From the NCBI RefSeq assembly GCF_041248615.1, contig NZ_CP158426.1: a stretch of 64,000 nt of DNA; one strand, 5' to 3'. Position 1 is the first letter of the stretch. Each line of letters opens with the position of its first letter. The notes under the pieces are model-generated. The model was not told where the DNA came from, ran no database searches, and saw only the letters and a list, made by a program, of their open reading frames with translations. Below are positions 1 to 11,817 of the stretch, piece by piece. The position numbers and the translations under genes are program-made. The DNA comes from Escherichia coli (GTDB taxonomy: Bacteria; Pseudomonadota; Gammaproteobacteria; Enterobacterales; Enterobacteriaceae).

Positions 1-72
1 TTTAGAGGCACAACCAGACAGAGCCAACAAGCCGCATAAAGCTGCAACTTTCGCAAATGATGTAGTACGCAT
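1..72 (-). CDS. ydcL: lipoprotein YdcL, 5' end only (window starts inside the gene)
   Basis: Minus-strand translation from ATG at 70-72 to the window edge gives MRTTSFAKVAALCGLLALSGCASK, a lipoprotein signal peptide with LSGC lipobox; fits YdcL N-terminus and its position next to tehB. Confidence 0.6.
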   Translation of the reverse strand, partial: MRTTSFAKVAALCGLLALSGCASK

Positions 73-374
73 GAATAGTTTCCTGAGATGATTATATTAC
101 TTTCTAAGTTATAGCAAAAAGCGCCGCTTCGTGTTGTGGCAAAAAAAGTGTTGGTGAAAATAAATTTTTTAGCCCCTTTTCAGACGACATAGTCAATGCC
201 GAAAAAGGGGCTAAGTCAATCATCAGTAGTTAAATTTCAGTAAGTTAAGCGGCTAAAAAACTTCGACTACTGTGATTGATTTCACATCCCTTCGATAAAA
301 AATATGCTTACCGAAAAGAAGAACAGTAAACCATCTCAGCGTGGGGAATTTTCACGCGCTTTGTTCTTACCGGA

Positions 375-968
375 TCATTTTTTACGTGCCAGCATCGTGG
401 CGAAACGCAGTTTAATACGATTACCGTTGGCGTCGGTGCGGTGCAGCTCGCCGACGTCTTCATTGTATTTCACCCTCTCCCAGCCTTCGTAATATCGACG
501 TAATTCTCCCTCTTTGAAGGCAAACGGGAAGCCGACGGTACATGGATAATCAGCGGTATCCATCGCCGCCACAATCAGGTTGTAACCGCCAGGTTTAGTG
601 CAACGTTGCATATTGGCAATCAGCCCTGGGATGGTTTTAGCCTCAAGGAACATCAGCACCACAGTCGAAAGAATAAAATCGTATTGCCCATCAAACGTGA
701 GGTTATTCAGATCAACGACCCGGGTGTGTAAATTATCCAGATTTTCAATGGATTTAATGCGCTCGACGTTGGCGATACTCATGGCATTTTTATCCCATGC
801 GTCAACTTCATAACCATTGGCTGCCAGGTAAAGACTGTTACGACCATTGCCACAGCCCAGATCCAGCGTTTTACCGGGTTTAACCACTTTCACCGCTTCC
901 AGTACTTCAGAGTGTGTGCGGGTTAATTCATACTTATCAGTAAAATAGTTTTCGTCACGAATGATCAT
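375..968 (-). CDS. tehB: tellurite resistance SAM-dependent methyltransferase TehB (197 aa)
   Basis: Track ORF; methyltransferase motif [11 protein letters not shown]; recognised as TehB; 4-nt overlap with tehA. Confidence 0.93.
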   Translation of the reverse strand: MIIRDENYFTDKYELTRTHSEVLEAVKVVKPGKTLDLGCGNGRNSLYLAANGYEVDAWDKNAMSIANVERIKSIENLDNLHTRVVDLNNLTFDGQYDFILSTVVLMFLEAKTIPGLIANMQRCTKPGGYNLIVAAMDTADYPCTVGFPFAFKEGELRRYYEGWERVKYNEDVGELHRTDANGNRIKLRFATMLARKK

Positions 969-1957
969 TCTTTGTCCTCTGCTTTCATTAAAACGGCGCG
1001 CTCGGTTCTGATTAACAATTTTCCTTGCATCAGAAGCGCAAAAGTACGGATGAGCAGTATTGCAATAATAAAATTGGTAAAGATAAACAGCGGCACCGCC
1101 AGCGTATGGAAAAATCCATTATCGCTGCCACTCCCCAGATGCAAACCGGTGGTTGCCAGTGCAGATACGCCGAACGAGAAACTCCAGAATGAAGCATTAA
1201 ATGGCTGGGAGAGATACCATGGCATCAGACGTAGCATAAACAGCAGTTGCAGCAGCCCATAACCGAAAAGCATTTTCGCCAGCGTGTCACCCTCGCCGCC
1301 GTTGACGCTCAGCCAGGCACTACAGGCCACGAGCGCAGGAGCGAGCTGAATGCCGAGTGATGTCCGCAGCGCCGTGGGTAATTCTCCCGAACTGCGCAGA
1401 CGCTGCAAGATCACCGGTTCCAGGCTTAACCATGAGAAAACGCCTGCGCCTAAAAACACCAGACCGGCGTCGGTGTAGCCCAATGCACCACAGGCCATTG
1501 CGCTGATAAAGTTGTTGGCAACTGTCGGCAGATACAGTCCAGGCGTGGTAGCTTCTTCAGGGTGAGATCCGCGCCATAATCCCGCAGTTTGCCATGCGGC
1601 ATAAGCCAGTTGCACCACGACACCAAAACTGAACAGGCACACCGCCAGTGGGCGAAACCACGGAACAAAACCAATCGCCACCAGCATCGTCGTTGCCGGA
1701 AACAAACTCACAAAACTGCTCAGCACTGGATGGCGCACTTCCGCCAGCACGCTATGCGGAAAGCGTATGAGTCGGGTAATAAATGCGCCAGTCAATAATC
1801 CCCAGATGATCATCGCCAGAATCACCAGCCCATCCCCTAACCAGTGGCTGACCTGCCAAACCTGGCTGGCATAGCGCCAGGCAAATCCCATCCCTATCGT
1901 CCCCAACACAATACCAAAATAGCCTGCCGGCAAATTGAGCACTTTATCGCTCTGCAT
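965..1957 (-). CDS. tehA: tellurite resistance / C4-dicarboxylate-type membrane protein TehA (330 aa)
   Basis: Track ORF 965-2065 trimmed to internal ATG ([15 protein letters not shown]...) giving the 330-aa length I recall for TehA; hydrophobic multi-pass protein. Confidence 0.9.
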   Translation of the reverse strand: MQSDKVLNLPAGYFGIVLGTIGMGFAWRYASQVWQVSHWLGDGLVILAMIIWGLLTGAFITRLIRFPHSVLAEVRHPVLSSFVSLFPATTMLVAIGFVPWFRPLAVCLFSFGVVVQLAYAAWQTAGLWRGSHPEEATTPGLYLPTVANNFISAMACGALGYTDAGLVFLGAGVFSWLSLEPVILQRLRSSGELPTALRTSLGIQLAPALVACSAWLSVNGGEGDTLAKMLFGYGLLQLLFMLRLMPWYLSQPFNASFWSFSFGVSALATTGLHLGSGSDNGFFHTLAVPLFIFTNFIIAILLIRTFALLMQGKLLIRTERAVLMKAEDKE

Positions 1958-2080
1958 CTTCTTACTCATTTTGTTTAATTTATAAAGTATATTTGAAATG
2001 CATTTTATGGAATTTTCTCGAGCATAGCCAGAGCCGCAGAATTTGCTACGGTTATAGTAAGTCACCTGTGGGAAAACGCT

Positions 2081-3061
2081 ATGCGCAAATATCGTCTAAG
2101 TGAAGAACAGCGAGCCTTTAGTTATCAGGAAGATGGCACTAAAAAAAATGTGTTATTACGGCAGATTATCGCCATTAGCGATTTTAACGATGTGATAGCA
2201 GGAACCGCTGGCGGCTGGATCGATCGCGAAACGGTGTTAGCACAGGAAGGAAATTGCTGGATTTACGACCAGAATGCTATTGCGTTCGGCGGAACGGTGA
2301 TTTCCGGTAATACGCGTATCACCGGCACCAGCGTGCTGTGGGGAGAGGTTTACGCAACGGATAACGTCTGGATCGATAATAGTGAAATCAGCCAGGGTGC
2401 ATATATAAGTGACAGTGTCACCATTCATGACTCATTAGTTTACGGGCAATGTAGAATATTTGGTCACGCCTTAATTGATCAACATTCTATGATCGTCGCC
2501 GCACAAGGCTTAACGCCCGACCATCAACTCCTGCTACAAATTTATGATCGCGCAAGGGTTAGCGCCTCGCGTATTGTTCACCAGGCACAAATTTATGGCG
2601 ATGCCGTCGTCCGGTATGCTTTTATTGAACATCGCGCCGAAGTTTTTGATTTTGCCAGCGTTGAAGGTAATGAAGAGAACAACGTCTGGCTATGCGATTG
2701 CGCTAAAGTCTACGGTCACGCGCAGGTGAAAGCTGGCATAGAAGAAGATGCCATTCCGACGATTCATTACAGTTCGCAGGTGGCGGAATATGCCATTGTG
2801 GAAGGTAATTGTGTGTTAAAACATCATGTCTTGATTGGCGGAAATGCCGTGGTACGTGGCGGACCGATTCTGCTCGACGAGCACGTTGTAATACAAGGTG
2901 AGAGCCGTATTACAGGTGCGGTGATAATTGAAAAACATGTGGAGTTAACCGACCACGCCGTCGTTGAAGCCTTTGATGGCGACACGGTTCATGTCCGTGG
3001 TCCAAAAGTCATTAACGGCGAGGAGCGCATTACGCGAACGCCGCTGGCAGGGTTATTGTGA
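2081..3061 (+). CDS. ydcK: uncharacterised protein YdcK (326 aa, hexapeptide-repeat-like)
   Basis: Track ORF; repetitive beta-helix-like sequence; position between tehA and rimL as in K-12. Confidence 0.85.
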   Translation: MRKYRLSEEQRAFSYQEDGTKKNVLLRQIIAISDFNDVIAGTAGGWIDRETVLAQEGNCWIYDQNAIAFGGTVISGNTRITGTSVLWGEVYATDNVWIDNSEISQGAYISDSVTIHDSLVYGQCRIFGHALIDQHSMIVAAQGLTPDHQLLLQIYDRARVSASRIVHQAQIYGDAVVRYAFIEHRAEVFDFASVEGNEENNVWLCDCAKVYGHAQVKAGIEEDAIPTIHYSSQVAEYAIVEGNCVLKHHVLIGGNAVVRGGPILLDEHVVIQGESRITGAVIIEKHVELTDHAVVEAFDGDTVHVRGPKVINGEERITRTPLAGLL

Positions 3062-3592
3062 ATCGATAATACGCGCGTATAAGTTCACATCATCATAGGC
3101 ATCATTCAGGAACTCAGCCTGTTTCAGACAACCTTCAAGGATAAAACCATTGCGCAAAGCGACCTGGTTGCTTTGCGGATTGTCCACCCGACATTTGATC
3201 ACGAAGCGTCTAAGTTCACCAGACTGAGCGTAATGATGAATCAATGCCTGCAGCGCCTGAGAAATGATCCCCTGCCCCTGATGAGATTCGTCCAGCCAGT
3301 AGCCGATTTCAGCGGTTTTATTCAGTGGTTCAATACGATTAAACGAGATAACGCCGATAAGTTCATCTTCTTTGAAAATCATGAACATTTTGGCATATCC
3401 GCGTTGATGCAACATTACATTGCCCTGCACCGTTTTTCGCGTGTCCTCTTCACTTTGAACAAACTGCGGCCAGTTTAGCGACTGCTGTAACCAGGTTCTA
3501 TTTTTACAGATTAACTGATAAAGAGGTGTGACATGACTTTCTGCAACAGCATGTAATTCAAGTGATTCACTTACTTTTATCGTTTCGGTCAT
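3053..3592 (-). CDS. rimL: ribosomal-protein L7/L12 serine acetyltransferase RimL (179 aa)
   Basis: Track ORF 3053-3607 trimmed to [16 protein letters not shown]...; GNAT acetyltransferase; 9-nt convergent overlap with ydcK. Confidence 0.88.
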   Translation of the reverse strand: MTETIKVSESLELHAVAESHVTPLYQLICKNRTWLQQSLNWPQFVQSEEDTRKTVQGNVMLHQRGYAKMFMIFKEDELIGVISFNRIEPLNKTAEIGYWLDESHQGQGIISQALQALIHHYAQSGELRRFVIKCRVDNPQSNQVALRNGFILEGCLKQAEFLNDAYDDVNLYARIIDSQ

Positions 3593-3621
3593 CTTATCTC
3601 CAGTCAATCCATGCAGTTGTT

Positions 3622-3646
3622 AAAAAAGCCGCCTGGCTGGCGGCTT
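3622..3646 (-). terminator. intrinsic terminator downstream of ydcH
   Basis: GCCGCC-loop-GGCGGC hairpin with A-run on plus strand (T-run on minus) just past the ydcH stop; approximate coordinates. Confidence 0.5.
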
Positions 3647-3654
3647 AGGAAAGT

Positions 3655-3879
3655 TTACACCTCTTTGACGCTCTCCTGCTGCAGGATTTTGAGCATCTCA
3701 TCTTTTAACTGTAGCTTTTGTTTTTTCATGCGGACCACTTCCGCATTGTACCCTCGACCGTCGGAACCTTCCTTTCTGGCAATTTCATGATCAAGTTTAT
3801 TGTGTTTATCGAACAAGGACATAAAGCGAGGATTTTCGTTTTTCAGACGGGATATTAAATCTCGGTATTCTGGAAACAT
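3655..3879 (-). CDS. ydcH: small protein YdcH (74 aa, DUF465-like)
   Basis: Track ORF trimmed to MFPEYRDLISRLKNENPRF...; recognised as YdcH. Confidence 0.85.
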   Translation of the reverse strand: MFPEYRDLISRLKNENPRFMSLFDKHNKLDHEIARKEGSDGRGYNAEVVRMKKQKLQLKDEMLKILQQESVKEV

Positions 3880-4018
3880 ACGCACTCCCTGTTAGTGGCT
3901 GACAAGGTGTATCTGAAATACACACTATCAGATTACTCATTTAACTTAGGGAAAAATGCGAGCGGGATCGTGTTTAACCAGACGGCACCTCCCGAAGAAG
4001 GTGCCGAAGAAAAAACGA

Positions 4019-5674
4019 TTAACTCATCACGCGGTCGTCAACATACTGACGTTTATCCGGCGCTGGCGGGAAATACTGATACAGCCATGTTTCACTGATA
4101 GCGTCGCCCTGACAACGCAGATACATCCGCATATCGACCGGATCAGTGGAGTCCGAAGTCGGATACCAGTCAAACTGAATACGATAACCATCAATGGGTT
4201 CAATATAGAGAATTTCGATTTGCTTCGCTTCCCCACTGGAAAGCGTAATCACCGGCTCAATGCCTTTTGGTGCGGCAGCTTTCAGATCACCACCAACGAA
4301 ATCGACGGCAAAACGACGCGCCCATTTTTCGGGATAGTGTTCACCTGGCGCCCAACCTTCCGGGAAACCGCCCATGCCGGTACGCGTCGCCATAACGCGC
4401 GCTAATGGGCAATGAACAGGCGGTTGCGCACTCCAGTACAGACGATACTGGAATGCAAACTCATCACCCGCTTTTACAGCTTTTTCTGGCTGCCAGAAGA
4501 AGACAATGTTATCCAGCGTTTCACCCGTAGTTGGGATTTCCATCAGGCCGATGGTGCCCTTACCCCACTTGTTACGCGGTTCCACCCACAGACTTGGGCG
4601 TTTGTTATACCAGCCCATAATGTCCTGATAATGAGAGAAATCACGATCCAGTTGCAATAAACCAAACCCTTTCGGGTTGTTGTCGGTGTAAGCATTGAAC
4701 TGCAATTTTTGCGGATTGTTCAGCGGACGGCAAATCCACTCGCCGTTGCCCCGCCACATGGACAGACGATCAGAGTCATGGATTTGCGGATGAATGGTGT
4801 CGCACATCCGACGTTCATTAGTACCGCAGCTGAACATGCTGGTCATCGGCGCAATGCCCAGCTGTTTAATGTCTTTGCGCGCATACAGGTGATTTTCCAC
4901 ATCCATAATCACCTGACTTTTCTCACAATGGATAGTGAACTTATAGGCACCAGTAATGCTGGCGCTATCGAGCAACGCATAAACGGTAAAGGTGGTTGCC
5001 CCCGGTTTTACCGTATCAAACCAGAAGGCGGTAAAGTCGGGGAACTCTTCTTTACTGTCGGTGTAAGTGTCGATCGCCAGGCCGCGAGCCGATAGACCGT
5101 ATTGATATGTGTCGTCAACGGCGCGGAAATAACTCGCACCGAGGAATGATACGACATCACGGCGCGCCAGTTCGGGGGCTTTAAACACGCGAAAACCGGC
5201 AAAACCGAGATCGCTTTGCCCTTCTAATTGTTTGGTATCAACACCCGCATCGTTGTATTTGAACAACTCCGGGCGAAAGTGAATTTCACGCGCCAGATGT
5301 GTTGCGGGATCTACAGAAAACATACGAACGCGGCGACGGAATCCCATTCCCATATGGAAGAACTGAGCGTCCAGTTGACGGTTCTCAACGTTATGCCAGA
5401 GCGATTTTTCGGCGTCGTATTGAATACTGTTATAAGCCTGCGGCGTCATTGTCGCCAGAGTGTCAGGTAACGGACGCGGCGCACCTCGCCACGCTGTTTG
5501 CGCTAAGTCGTGCGCCATTGACTGTAGAATGGAGAAGTCAAAACGTTGGGTTTGCCCGTCGGCAATATCAGAATCTGCCGCGAATGCCGCCTGAGAAAAA
5601 AGAGAAGCAATGCCGCTGGTACCGCACACGGCGGCCATAGCCATTGAACCTTTAATAAATCGTCTACGATCCAT
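4019..5674 (-). CDS. opgD: glucans biosynthesis protein D OpgD/MdoD (551 aa, Tat-exported)
   Basis: Track ORF; N-terminal twin-arginine signal [32 protein letters not shown]; recognised as OpgD. Confidence 0.93.
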   Translation of the reverse strand: MDRRRFIKGSMAMAAVCGTSGIASLFSQAAFAADSDIADGQTQRFDFSILQSMAHDLAQTAWRGAPRPLPDTLATMTPQAYNSIQYDAEKSLWHNVENRQLDAQFFHMGMGFRRRVRMFSVDPATHLAREIHFRPELFKYNDAGVDTKQLEGQSDLGFAGFRVFKAPELARRDVVSFLGASYFRAVDDTYQYGLSARGLAIDTYTDSKEEFPDFTAFWFDTVKPGATTFTVYALLDSASITGAYKFTIHCEKSQVIMDVENHLYARKDIKQLGIAPMTSMFSCGTNERRMCDTIHPQIHDSDRLSMWRGNGEWICRPLNNPQKLQFNAYTDNNPKGFGLLQLDRDFSHYQDIMGWYNKRPSLWVEPRNKWGKGTIGLMEIPTTGETLDNIVFFWQPEKAVKAGDEFAFQYRLYWSAQPPVHCPLARVMATRTGMGGFPEGWAPGEHYPEKWARRFAVDFVGGDLKAAAPKGIEPVITLSSGEAKQIEILYIEPIDGYRIQFDWYPTSDSTDPVDMRMYLRCQGDAISETWLYQYFPPAPDKRQYVDDRVMS

Positions 5675-5898
5675 ACCTGAAAGTGAGTCCTTCTGGTGTT
5701 GTGAATGGTCCCGCGCTGGTCGTTTTCAGCGGCAAGAAAGTGCTTATTTATGACCGCTCACTCTAGACAATATTTATTAATAATCCAATTGTTGAACTGA
5801 GAGAATATGCATAAATCGGCAATTTTTTTATGTCGATGGGATGAGCCTGATTCGTTTGTAAAATCAGGCAAATTTTTGCAAAGGCGGATGGTCAGAGT

Positions 5899-7242
5899 TT
5901 AAAGCAAACCACAGCGACGTTTACTGCGTTCTTCCGCTTCCTGATAAAGCTGGAACTCATCCAAAACCGGGCAGCCCAACGCCTGCTCAAATGCTTCGCG
6001 ACTGGCATTACCGTGACTGCGTGCCTGCGTTTCATTACCCAGATTTGACTGGAAGATCCCCGCCGCGCTAACAGGCAAGAAATCTTCATAGGTAATGGGT
6101 TGCGCCACTACCCAACCACGTTCAATTAAGGGCTGTGGATCGTCTCCGGAATGAATCGCCTGACGATGCGCCTCACCTGAAGGCGTTAGACGGTACCGGA
6201 ACCATGCCAACCCTTGCTGACGCATTAAAAACTCACTGTCAGGAAAAGTGCGGAAGGTTTCCTGTAAATGCATTTGGTGAGTGAGATTATCCTGCCCGGT
6301 TCCAGCGTTACGCAGAAGATCATCATACAGTTGTCGCCCTTTCGGCGTTAATGCCACACCACGCTGCTCTATTTCACCAAAGCGCGCGGTATGCGTACCC
6401 TGTTTCTGCCCTGCAAACAACACCGTCTCTTCCAGTGCTTTAAAGCTGGTCTGGCGTAGTAAAATCGGTACCTCGCGGCGCGGCGGCCCTTCGATCAGAA
6501 TTTTGGGTTCAATCCCGCATTCAGGCATCATCGACTGCACCCGGTCAATATCCAGCGTACGTGGCGTCAGGTGGTTGATATGGCATCCAGGAAAACAGAC
6601 CACATCAGCAATTAACCGATGTTCGTTGTGCAAGGCGCGATAGGTTTCTTCATCTACCGTTGCTGACTGGTGCCAACGAAACGTTTCCAGGGCTTCCTGC
6701 ACAAACTCCTGTGCCTGTGTTTCGTTAAAACCGCCCCGCTGCTCATATTCCTCTAACAGTTGTCGACAACGTGGGGTGAAGATATCGCGCTGACGCAGAA
6801 TCTCCGCCGCTTTCTGGCGCAAAATTTCGTTCTCGATAAGCTCAAGGCGGAGTAATGAAGTAAAAACGCGGAAGGGATTACGCGCCAGAGAAGCATCATC
6901 AATGGGCCGAAATGCTGTCGAATGTACCGGCACCCCCGCCTGCGAGAGATCGTAATAGCTCACCGGGTACATCCCCATAATGGCAAACATCCGCCGAAGA
7001 GTAGCAAGCTCTTGTGCAGTCCCAACACGAATCGCCCCATGACGTTCAACATTCAGTCGCGCCAGCTCGTCTGCATTTACCATTTTTTCGTGCAGTTGAG
7101 GATTGTTTTCCAGCACAGCCAGATTCACATCAGCTACCAGTTCCAGCAGCGTGCCGTACTGCGGAACTTCTTGCTGGTACATGGCTGACATTGCCTGCGA
7201 AAACTGTTCCCGAATCTCATCCGCCGTGATGCTGTTCGCCAT
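5899..7242 (-). CDS. ydcJ: uncharacterised protein YdcJ (447 aa, DUF1338-like)
   Basis: Track ORF; length and synteny (between opgD and ydcI) match K-12 ydcJ. Confidence 0.85.
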   Translation of the reverse strand: MANSITADEIREQFSQAMSAMYQQEVPQYGTLLELVADVNLAVLENNPQLHEKMVNADELARLNVERHGAIRVGTAQELATLRRMFAIMGMYPVSYYDLSQAGVPVHSTAFRPIDDASLARNPFRVFTSLLRLELIENEILRQKAAEILRQRDIFTPRCRQLLEEYEQRGGFNETQAQEFVQEALETFRWHQSATVDEETYRALHNEHRLIADVVCFPGCHINHLTPRTLDIDRVQSMMPECGIEPKILIEGPPRREVPILLRQTSFKALEETVLFAGQKQGTHTARFGEIEQRGVALTPKGRQLYDDLLRNAGTGQDNLTHQMHLQETFRTFPDSEFLMRQQGLAWFRYRLTPSGEAHRQAIHSGDDPQPLIERGWVVAQPITYEDFLPVSAAGIFQSNLGNETQARSHGNASREAFEQALGCPVLDEFQLYQEAEERSKRRCGLL

Positions 7243-7458
7243 AGTGTCTGCCTCCAGTGGTCAGTAATCTGGAGTGTAGGTAACCGCATTCACTCCGGCG
7301 GGAAGAATTTACAAACTGTGATCTCGCCGCGAAAACATCAATATTATCCATTTTGCTGTAACATAATTGCTTTAATTGTTAATAATATTTTGCAATCAAG
7401 TTATCATAATCAAACAACTTCACTTGTCAGCGACACCGCTTCGTTTTTAACATCGCTT

Positions 7459-8382
7459 ATGGAAAAAAATAGTCTGTTTAGTCAGCGCATCCGTTTGCGC
7501 CACCTTCATACATTCGTAGCTGTCGCACAACAAGGAACTTTGGGGCGCGCGGCTGAAACCCTTAATTTGAGTCAACCTGCGCTCTCTAAAACATTGAATG
7601 AACTGGAGCAACTGACGGGCGCTCGCTTGTTTGAGCGTGGTCGTCAGGGGGCGCAACTTACCTTACCCGGCGAACAATTTTTAACGCATGCAGTCAGAGT
7701 TCTTGACGCCATCAACACTGCCGGACAGTCGCTTCATCGTAAAGAAGGTCTTAATAATGATGTCGTCAGGGTTGGTGCACTACCTACTGCGGCACTGGGG
7801 ATATTACCTTCGGTTATAGGTCAGTTTCATCAGCAACAAAAAGAAACGACCTTGCAAGTTGCGACAATGAGTAACCCTATGATTCTGGCGGGTTTGAAAA
7901 CCGGGGAAATCGATATCGGCATTGGTCGGATGTCAGATCCTGAACTGATGACCGGGCTTAATTACGAACTGCTGTTTCTTGAATCGCTGAAGCTGGTTGT
8001 CCGCCCCAATCATCCGCTACTTCAGGAGAACGTAACGCTAAGCCGGGTGCTGGAATGGCCGGTCGTTGTATCACCAGAAGGCACTGCGCCACGCCAGCAT
8101 TCAGATGCATTAGTGCAGAGCCAGGGATGTAAAATTCCTTCGGGTTGTATCGAAACGCTGTCTGCTTCGCTATCTCGTCAACTTACGGTTGAATACGACT
8201 ACGTGTGGTTTGTCCCTTCTGGCGCGGTAAAAGACGACCTGCGTCATGCCACGCTGGTGGCCCTGCCTGTTCCGGGACATGGTGCAGGCGAACCGATTGG
8301 AATACTGACCCGCGTAGATGCAACGTTCTCTTCTGGTTGCCAGTTGATGATTAACGCTATTCGAAAATCAATGCCGTTCTGA
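7459..8382 (+). CDS. ydcI: LysR-family transcriptional regulator YdcI (307 aa)
   Basis: Track ORF 7318-8382 trimmed to MEKNSLFSQRIRLRHLHTFVAVAQQGTLGRAAETLNLSQPALSKTL (LysR helix-turn-helix); divergent from ydcJ. Confidence 0.88.
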   Translation: MEKNSLFSQRIRLRHLHTFVAVAQQGTLGRAAETLNLSQPALSKTLNELEQLTGARLFERGRQGAQLTLPGEQFLTHAVRVLDAINTAGQSLHRKEGLNNDVVRVGALPTAALGILPSVIGQFHQQQKETTLQVATMSNPMILAGLKTGEIDIGIGRMSDPELMTGLNYELLFLESLKLVVRPNHPLLQENVTLSRVLEWPVVVSPEGTAPRQHSDALVQSQGCKIPSGCIETLSASLSRQLTVEYDYVWFVPSGAVKDDLRHATLVALPVPGHGAGEPIGILTRVDATFSSGCQLMINAIRKSMPF

Positions 8383-8387
8383 AAGGT

Positions 8388-8409
8388 GAAGGGATCTGTC
8401 GATCCCTTC
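8388..8409. terminator. bidirectional hairpin between convergent ydcI and trg
   Basis: Perfect 9-bp inverted repeat GAAGGGATC-TGTC-GATCCCTTC in the 38-bp gap between the two stop codons. Confidence 0.55.
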
Positions 8410-8420
8410 CTTGAACATTT

Positions 8421-10061
8421 TCACACCGTAGCGAAACTAACTTGTTCACCCGCTCCGCGAGGTTCTGCCAACACAGAATGTTTGTTCAGACGGAATACGT
8501 CCACCGCCTCAGTTAATCGTGCCGCCTGTTCTTCAAGGGACACCGCCGCCGCTGAGGCCTCTTCTACCAGAGAAGCATTCTGTTGCGTCACCTTATCCAT
8601 TTCAGAAATCGCCTGGCTAACCTGAGTTATGCCTCTGCTTTGTTCATCCGAGGCAGCGGCGATTTCCTGCATGATATGTGTGACACTCGCGACGGCATCA
8701 ACAATAGTGCTCATGGTTTTCCCTGCCATTGCCACCTCATCCGACCCCAGGTCAATTAACCTGACTGATTCACTGATCAAGCCTTCAATCTCTTTCGCCG
8801 CCTGAGCGCTGCGGCTTGCGAGTGTCCGTACTTCGCTGGCGACAACGGCAAATCCACGCCCTTGCTCACCCGCTCGCGCGGCTTCAACGGCAGCATTCAG
8901 TGCCAGAATATTCGTCTGGAAAGCAATACTGTTGATGACGGCGGTGATCTCAGAAATTTTCTTCGAACTCGTGGAGATAGCGCCCATCGTTTTTACTACA
9001 CCGGAAACCGTCTGCCCGCCATCGCTGGCTTTAATAGAAGCCTCTTGCGCCAGTTTGCTGGCATGATGCGCGTTATCCGCATTCTGTTTCACCGTCGCAG
9101 TAAGTTGCTCCATGCTGGCGGCAGTTTGTTCGATAGCCGCCGCTTGTTCTTCGGTGCGAGATGACAGGTCCGCATTGCCAGCTGAAATTTCGCTGGTGCC
9201 ACGATAAATCTCTTCCGCACCCTGTCGAACAGTCCCTACTGTCATCCCCAGTGAATGCTGCATTTGCTGTAAATGACGACTTAAGCGACCGATTTCATTA
9301 CGACCCGCCGGTTCATCATTCATCGTCAGATCGCCACTGGCGATTTTTTCAATCCGTTGTGCGGCATGTTGCAGTGGACGAATGACGATCCGACGTAGCA
9401 CTATAAATGTTATCAGCGTCATGACCAGGGCAAGCACAAACGCGCCAATCATGAACATCCCACCCAGGCGGGTGCGCTGATGGGCCAGTTCCGCCAGTTG
9501 GTTGGCTCTGGCGCTACGTATCTTAACGGCTTTGCTCAAAATATCGGTATAAGCATTATCCAGCGGTCGGATCTGCTCACTTTCATGATTGATAATCGCT
9601 TCAAACATGCCATTTTTGGCATATTTCAACATCGGTTGCATACCCGTGATATAAGCCTGGAAGCGTTGATTTAATTCAGTGTCGAGGGCTTCATCAGCAG
9701 GTGTTTTCACCGACCGATTCTGATAAGCACGATAACCTTGCTGCGACTGTTTAATCTCCGATTCGGCTTGCGCAATATTTCGCTTCATTGCTTCCATTTC
9801 AGCAATACGACTCGCAGCACCAGCCTGAATCATATTGATCCGGGCTGAACGCAAAAAATCTGAACTGTTCGCTAACCCGGTCCGAATCTCAATCTCCGCA
9901 GTAACATCACGCTGATCGCGATCGGCCTGCCAAAGGAAATAGCCGGCCAGGGCTGAACTTAATGCGAATAGAACTAAGATACCGCCAAGAATGCAGGCAA
10001 ATAACGGAACCAGCCTGATGTGATGCAAAAAACCTAATCGCTGTGAGGGAGTTGTATTCAT
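8421..10061 (-). CDS. trg: methyl-accepting chemotaxis protein III Trg (546 aa)
   Basis: Track ORF; two transmembrane segments, HAMP region and conserved MCP signalling domain; recognised as Trg. Confidence 0.93.
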   Translation of the reverse strand: MNTTPSQRLGFLHHIRLVPLFACILGGILVLFALSSALAGYFLWQADRDQRDVTAEIEIRTGLANSSDFLRSARINMIQAGAASRIAEMEAMKRNIAQAESEIKQSQQGYRAYQNRSVKTPADEALDTELNQRFQAYITGMQPMLKYAKNGMFEAIINHESEQIRPLDNAYTDILSKAVKIRSARANQLAELAHQRTRLGGMFMIGAFVLALVMTLITFIVLRRIVIRPLQHAAQRIEKIASGDLTMNDEPAGRNEIGRLSRHLQQMQHSLGMTVGTVRQGAEEIYRGTSEISAGNADLSSRTEEQAAAIEQTAASMEQLTATVKQNADNAHHASKLAQEASIKASDGGQTVSGVVKTMGAISTSSKKISEITAVINSIAFQTNILALNAAVEAARAGEQGRGFAVVASEVRTLASRSAQAAKEIEGLISESVRLIDLGSDEVAMAGKTMSTIVDAVASVTHIMQEIAAASDEQSRGITQVSQAISEMDKVTQQNASLVEEASAAAVSLEEQAARLTEAVDVFRLNKHSVLAEPRGAGEQVSFATV

Positions 10062-10401
10062 TACCGTTGTCTCTCTTCCAGGTTTACTCCTGATAGAAAG
10101 TCATCGGCACTTGACGGTAATTTCTTACGACCAAAAACCTCTTTGCGTCACATTTTTACAACAATTATGGCAGAGAAGAATAATGCCATTGGAATGAAGA
10201 GAGTAACGAATGATTAAACTGGCTAAACCGAATGACGAAAAATTCTGGAAAACAGCACGCAATTTCGTGAAGTGATTATTTTCGTCCCTAAGGAAACCTC
10301 ATAGGATGCCTGCGGGTGCCTGAGACTTTCTGTTTTCAGGCTAACCGGGAATCAGAAAGACGAAGGCCCCGACCGATATTTCTATCAACCGAGGCCAACG
10401 A

Positions 10402-10609
<208 letters not shown>

Positions 10610-10680
10610 GGGCAAGCGCGGGGATTTTCCCCGCGCATCTGACTAGCAGATTCATTTTCTCATGGCACCCCTTTTACACT

Positions 10681-10854
10681 TCAGTTAGTGCATGTTTTTT
10701 TCGATGCACTAATAGAACCATCATTACAGACAAATTTGCCGCCTGCCGTACAGTGTGAGATCCCCCCTTTCGAACCAGAACAGGGTTTGCGCCCGGCATC
10801 GGCATAAAAGGAAACAAGCGTTCCCATAAACAAGATAAGTGCCAGTTTTTTCAT
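10681..10854 (-). CDS. ydcA: small Cys-rich secreted/lipoprotein-like protein YdcA (57 aa)
   Basis: Not in ORF track. Minus-strand ATG with SD GGAGG; translation MKKLALILFMGTLVSFYADAGRKPCSGSKGGISHCTAGGKFVCNDGSISASKKTCTN, recognised as YdcA. Confidence 0.75.
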   Translation of the reverse strand: MKKLALILFMGTLVSFYADAGRKPCSGSKGGISHCTAGGKFVCNDGSISASKKTCTN

Positions 10855-11024
10855 ATAACCTCCATGGTTTATCGAATCTTATGTTCGATTTGAACGTTAT
10901 ACGCTGGTTTATTTTGATACCGTTGATGAGATCAAAGATCGGGCGAATTGATTAAAGATAAGCCAGATGGACGTATGGATAAGGATTATGGTTTTATTTG
11001 TCATACAAATAAATATAATAGGCG

Positions 11025-11088
11025 CTTCCGATGTAGACCCGTATTCTTCGCCTGTACCACGGGTCGGTTTTAGTACAGGCGTTTTCTT
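11025..11088 (+). ncRNA. rydC: RydC small regulatory RNA (about 64 nt)
   Basis: Sequence CTTCCGATGTAGACCCGTATTCTTCGCCTGTACCACGGGTCGGTTTTAGTACAGGCGTTTTCTT matches my recollection of RydC, with terminal hairpin plus U-run; lies between ydcA and cybB, convergent with cybB. Confidence 0.65.
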
Positions 11089-11098
11089 TAAATATCCT

Positions 11099-11629
11099 TC
11101 AGGAACGTTTACGCGGCATCATGCGTAGAAGTGTGTTGTCCTTCCAGAAATAGTGGTGTGCCAGTGCAGCCGCAGCGTGCAACCCGATGACAAAATATCC
11201 CAGATTCGCCAGCATTTCATGCCACGACTTTAAGCTATCAACCCGTTCGAAATTGGCCTCTGATGCATAAGGCATCGTCAAACCAAACGCAAACCACGGG
11301 TTGCCTCGGTTATACATCATCACCAAACCAATCACTGGCAGCGCAATAAACAGGAGATAAATCACCAAATGTCCCAAATGCGCCAGTCCCGTCATCATCG
11401 GTTTTGGCTTAGGTATAATCGGCGGGGTTGGGTATTTCAGCCTTAACAAAAGACGAACGACCATCAGCACGAGAATTGATATGCCACAGGAAACATGAAT
11501 CATGTTGATGAGTGGCCGATCGCTACGTGGGAAGAAACCCCGAAACTCCATTGCGCAATACGCTGCGATAACCAGCATAAAGACCAGCCAGTGAATGCTG
11601 ATTTGTAACCTTGAGTATTTATTTCCCAT
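11099..11629 (-). CDS. cybB: cytochrome b561 CybB (176 aa)
   Basis: Track ORF 11099-11665 trimmed to MGNKYSRLQISIHWLVF...; heme-binding His residues in a 4-TM protein; recognised as CybB. Confidence 0.9.
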   Translation of the reverse strand: MGNKYSRLQISIHWLVFMLVIAAYCAMEFRGFFPRSDRPLINMIHVSCGISILVLMVVRLLLRLKYPTPPIIPKPKPMMTGLAHLGHLVIYLLFIALPVIGLVMMYNRGNPWFAFGLTMPYASEANFERVDSLKSWHEMLANLGYFVIGLHAAAALAHHYFWKDNTLLRMMPRKRS

Positions 11630-11817
11630 AACATTTCCTGCTTTAACATAATTTTCCGTTAACATAACGGGCTTTTCTTAAAATTTCATTAAATATTGTT
11701 CACCCGTTTTCAGTACGTTACGTTTCACGGCAAGAATGTAGATTGCCCATCCCGCCATCGTGGTCTAAGCCTGGAAAGGATCAATTTTCATCCGAACGTT
11801 CCTGACAGGAGAAGACC

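Noticed and set aside
72-374. Inverted repeat AGCCCCTTTT ... AAAAGGGGCT (about 175-215) downstream of tehB as a terminator
   Set aside because: The loop is about 21 nt, too large for a confident intrinsic terminator; could be a degenerate palindromic element. Left unannotated.
965-2065. Apparent N-terminal extensions of many track ORFs (tehA, rimL, ydcI, cybB, paaK, paaI, paaH, paaE, paaD, paaC, paaA, tynA, ydbL, hslJ, uspF)
   Set aside because: The track opens ORFs at the first ATG/GTG/TTG after a stop and prints M for all of them. In each case an internal start gives the length I recall for the known protein, so these are not novel N-terminal domains.
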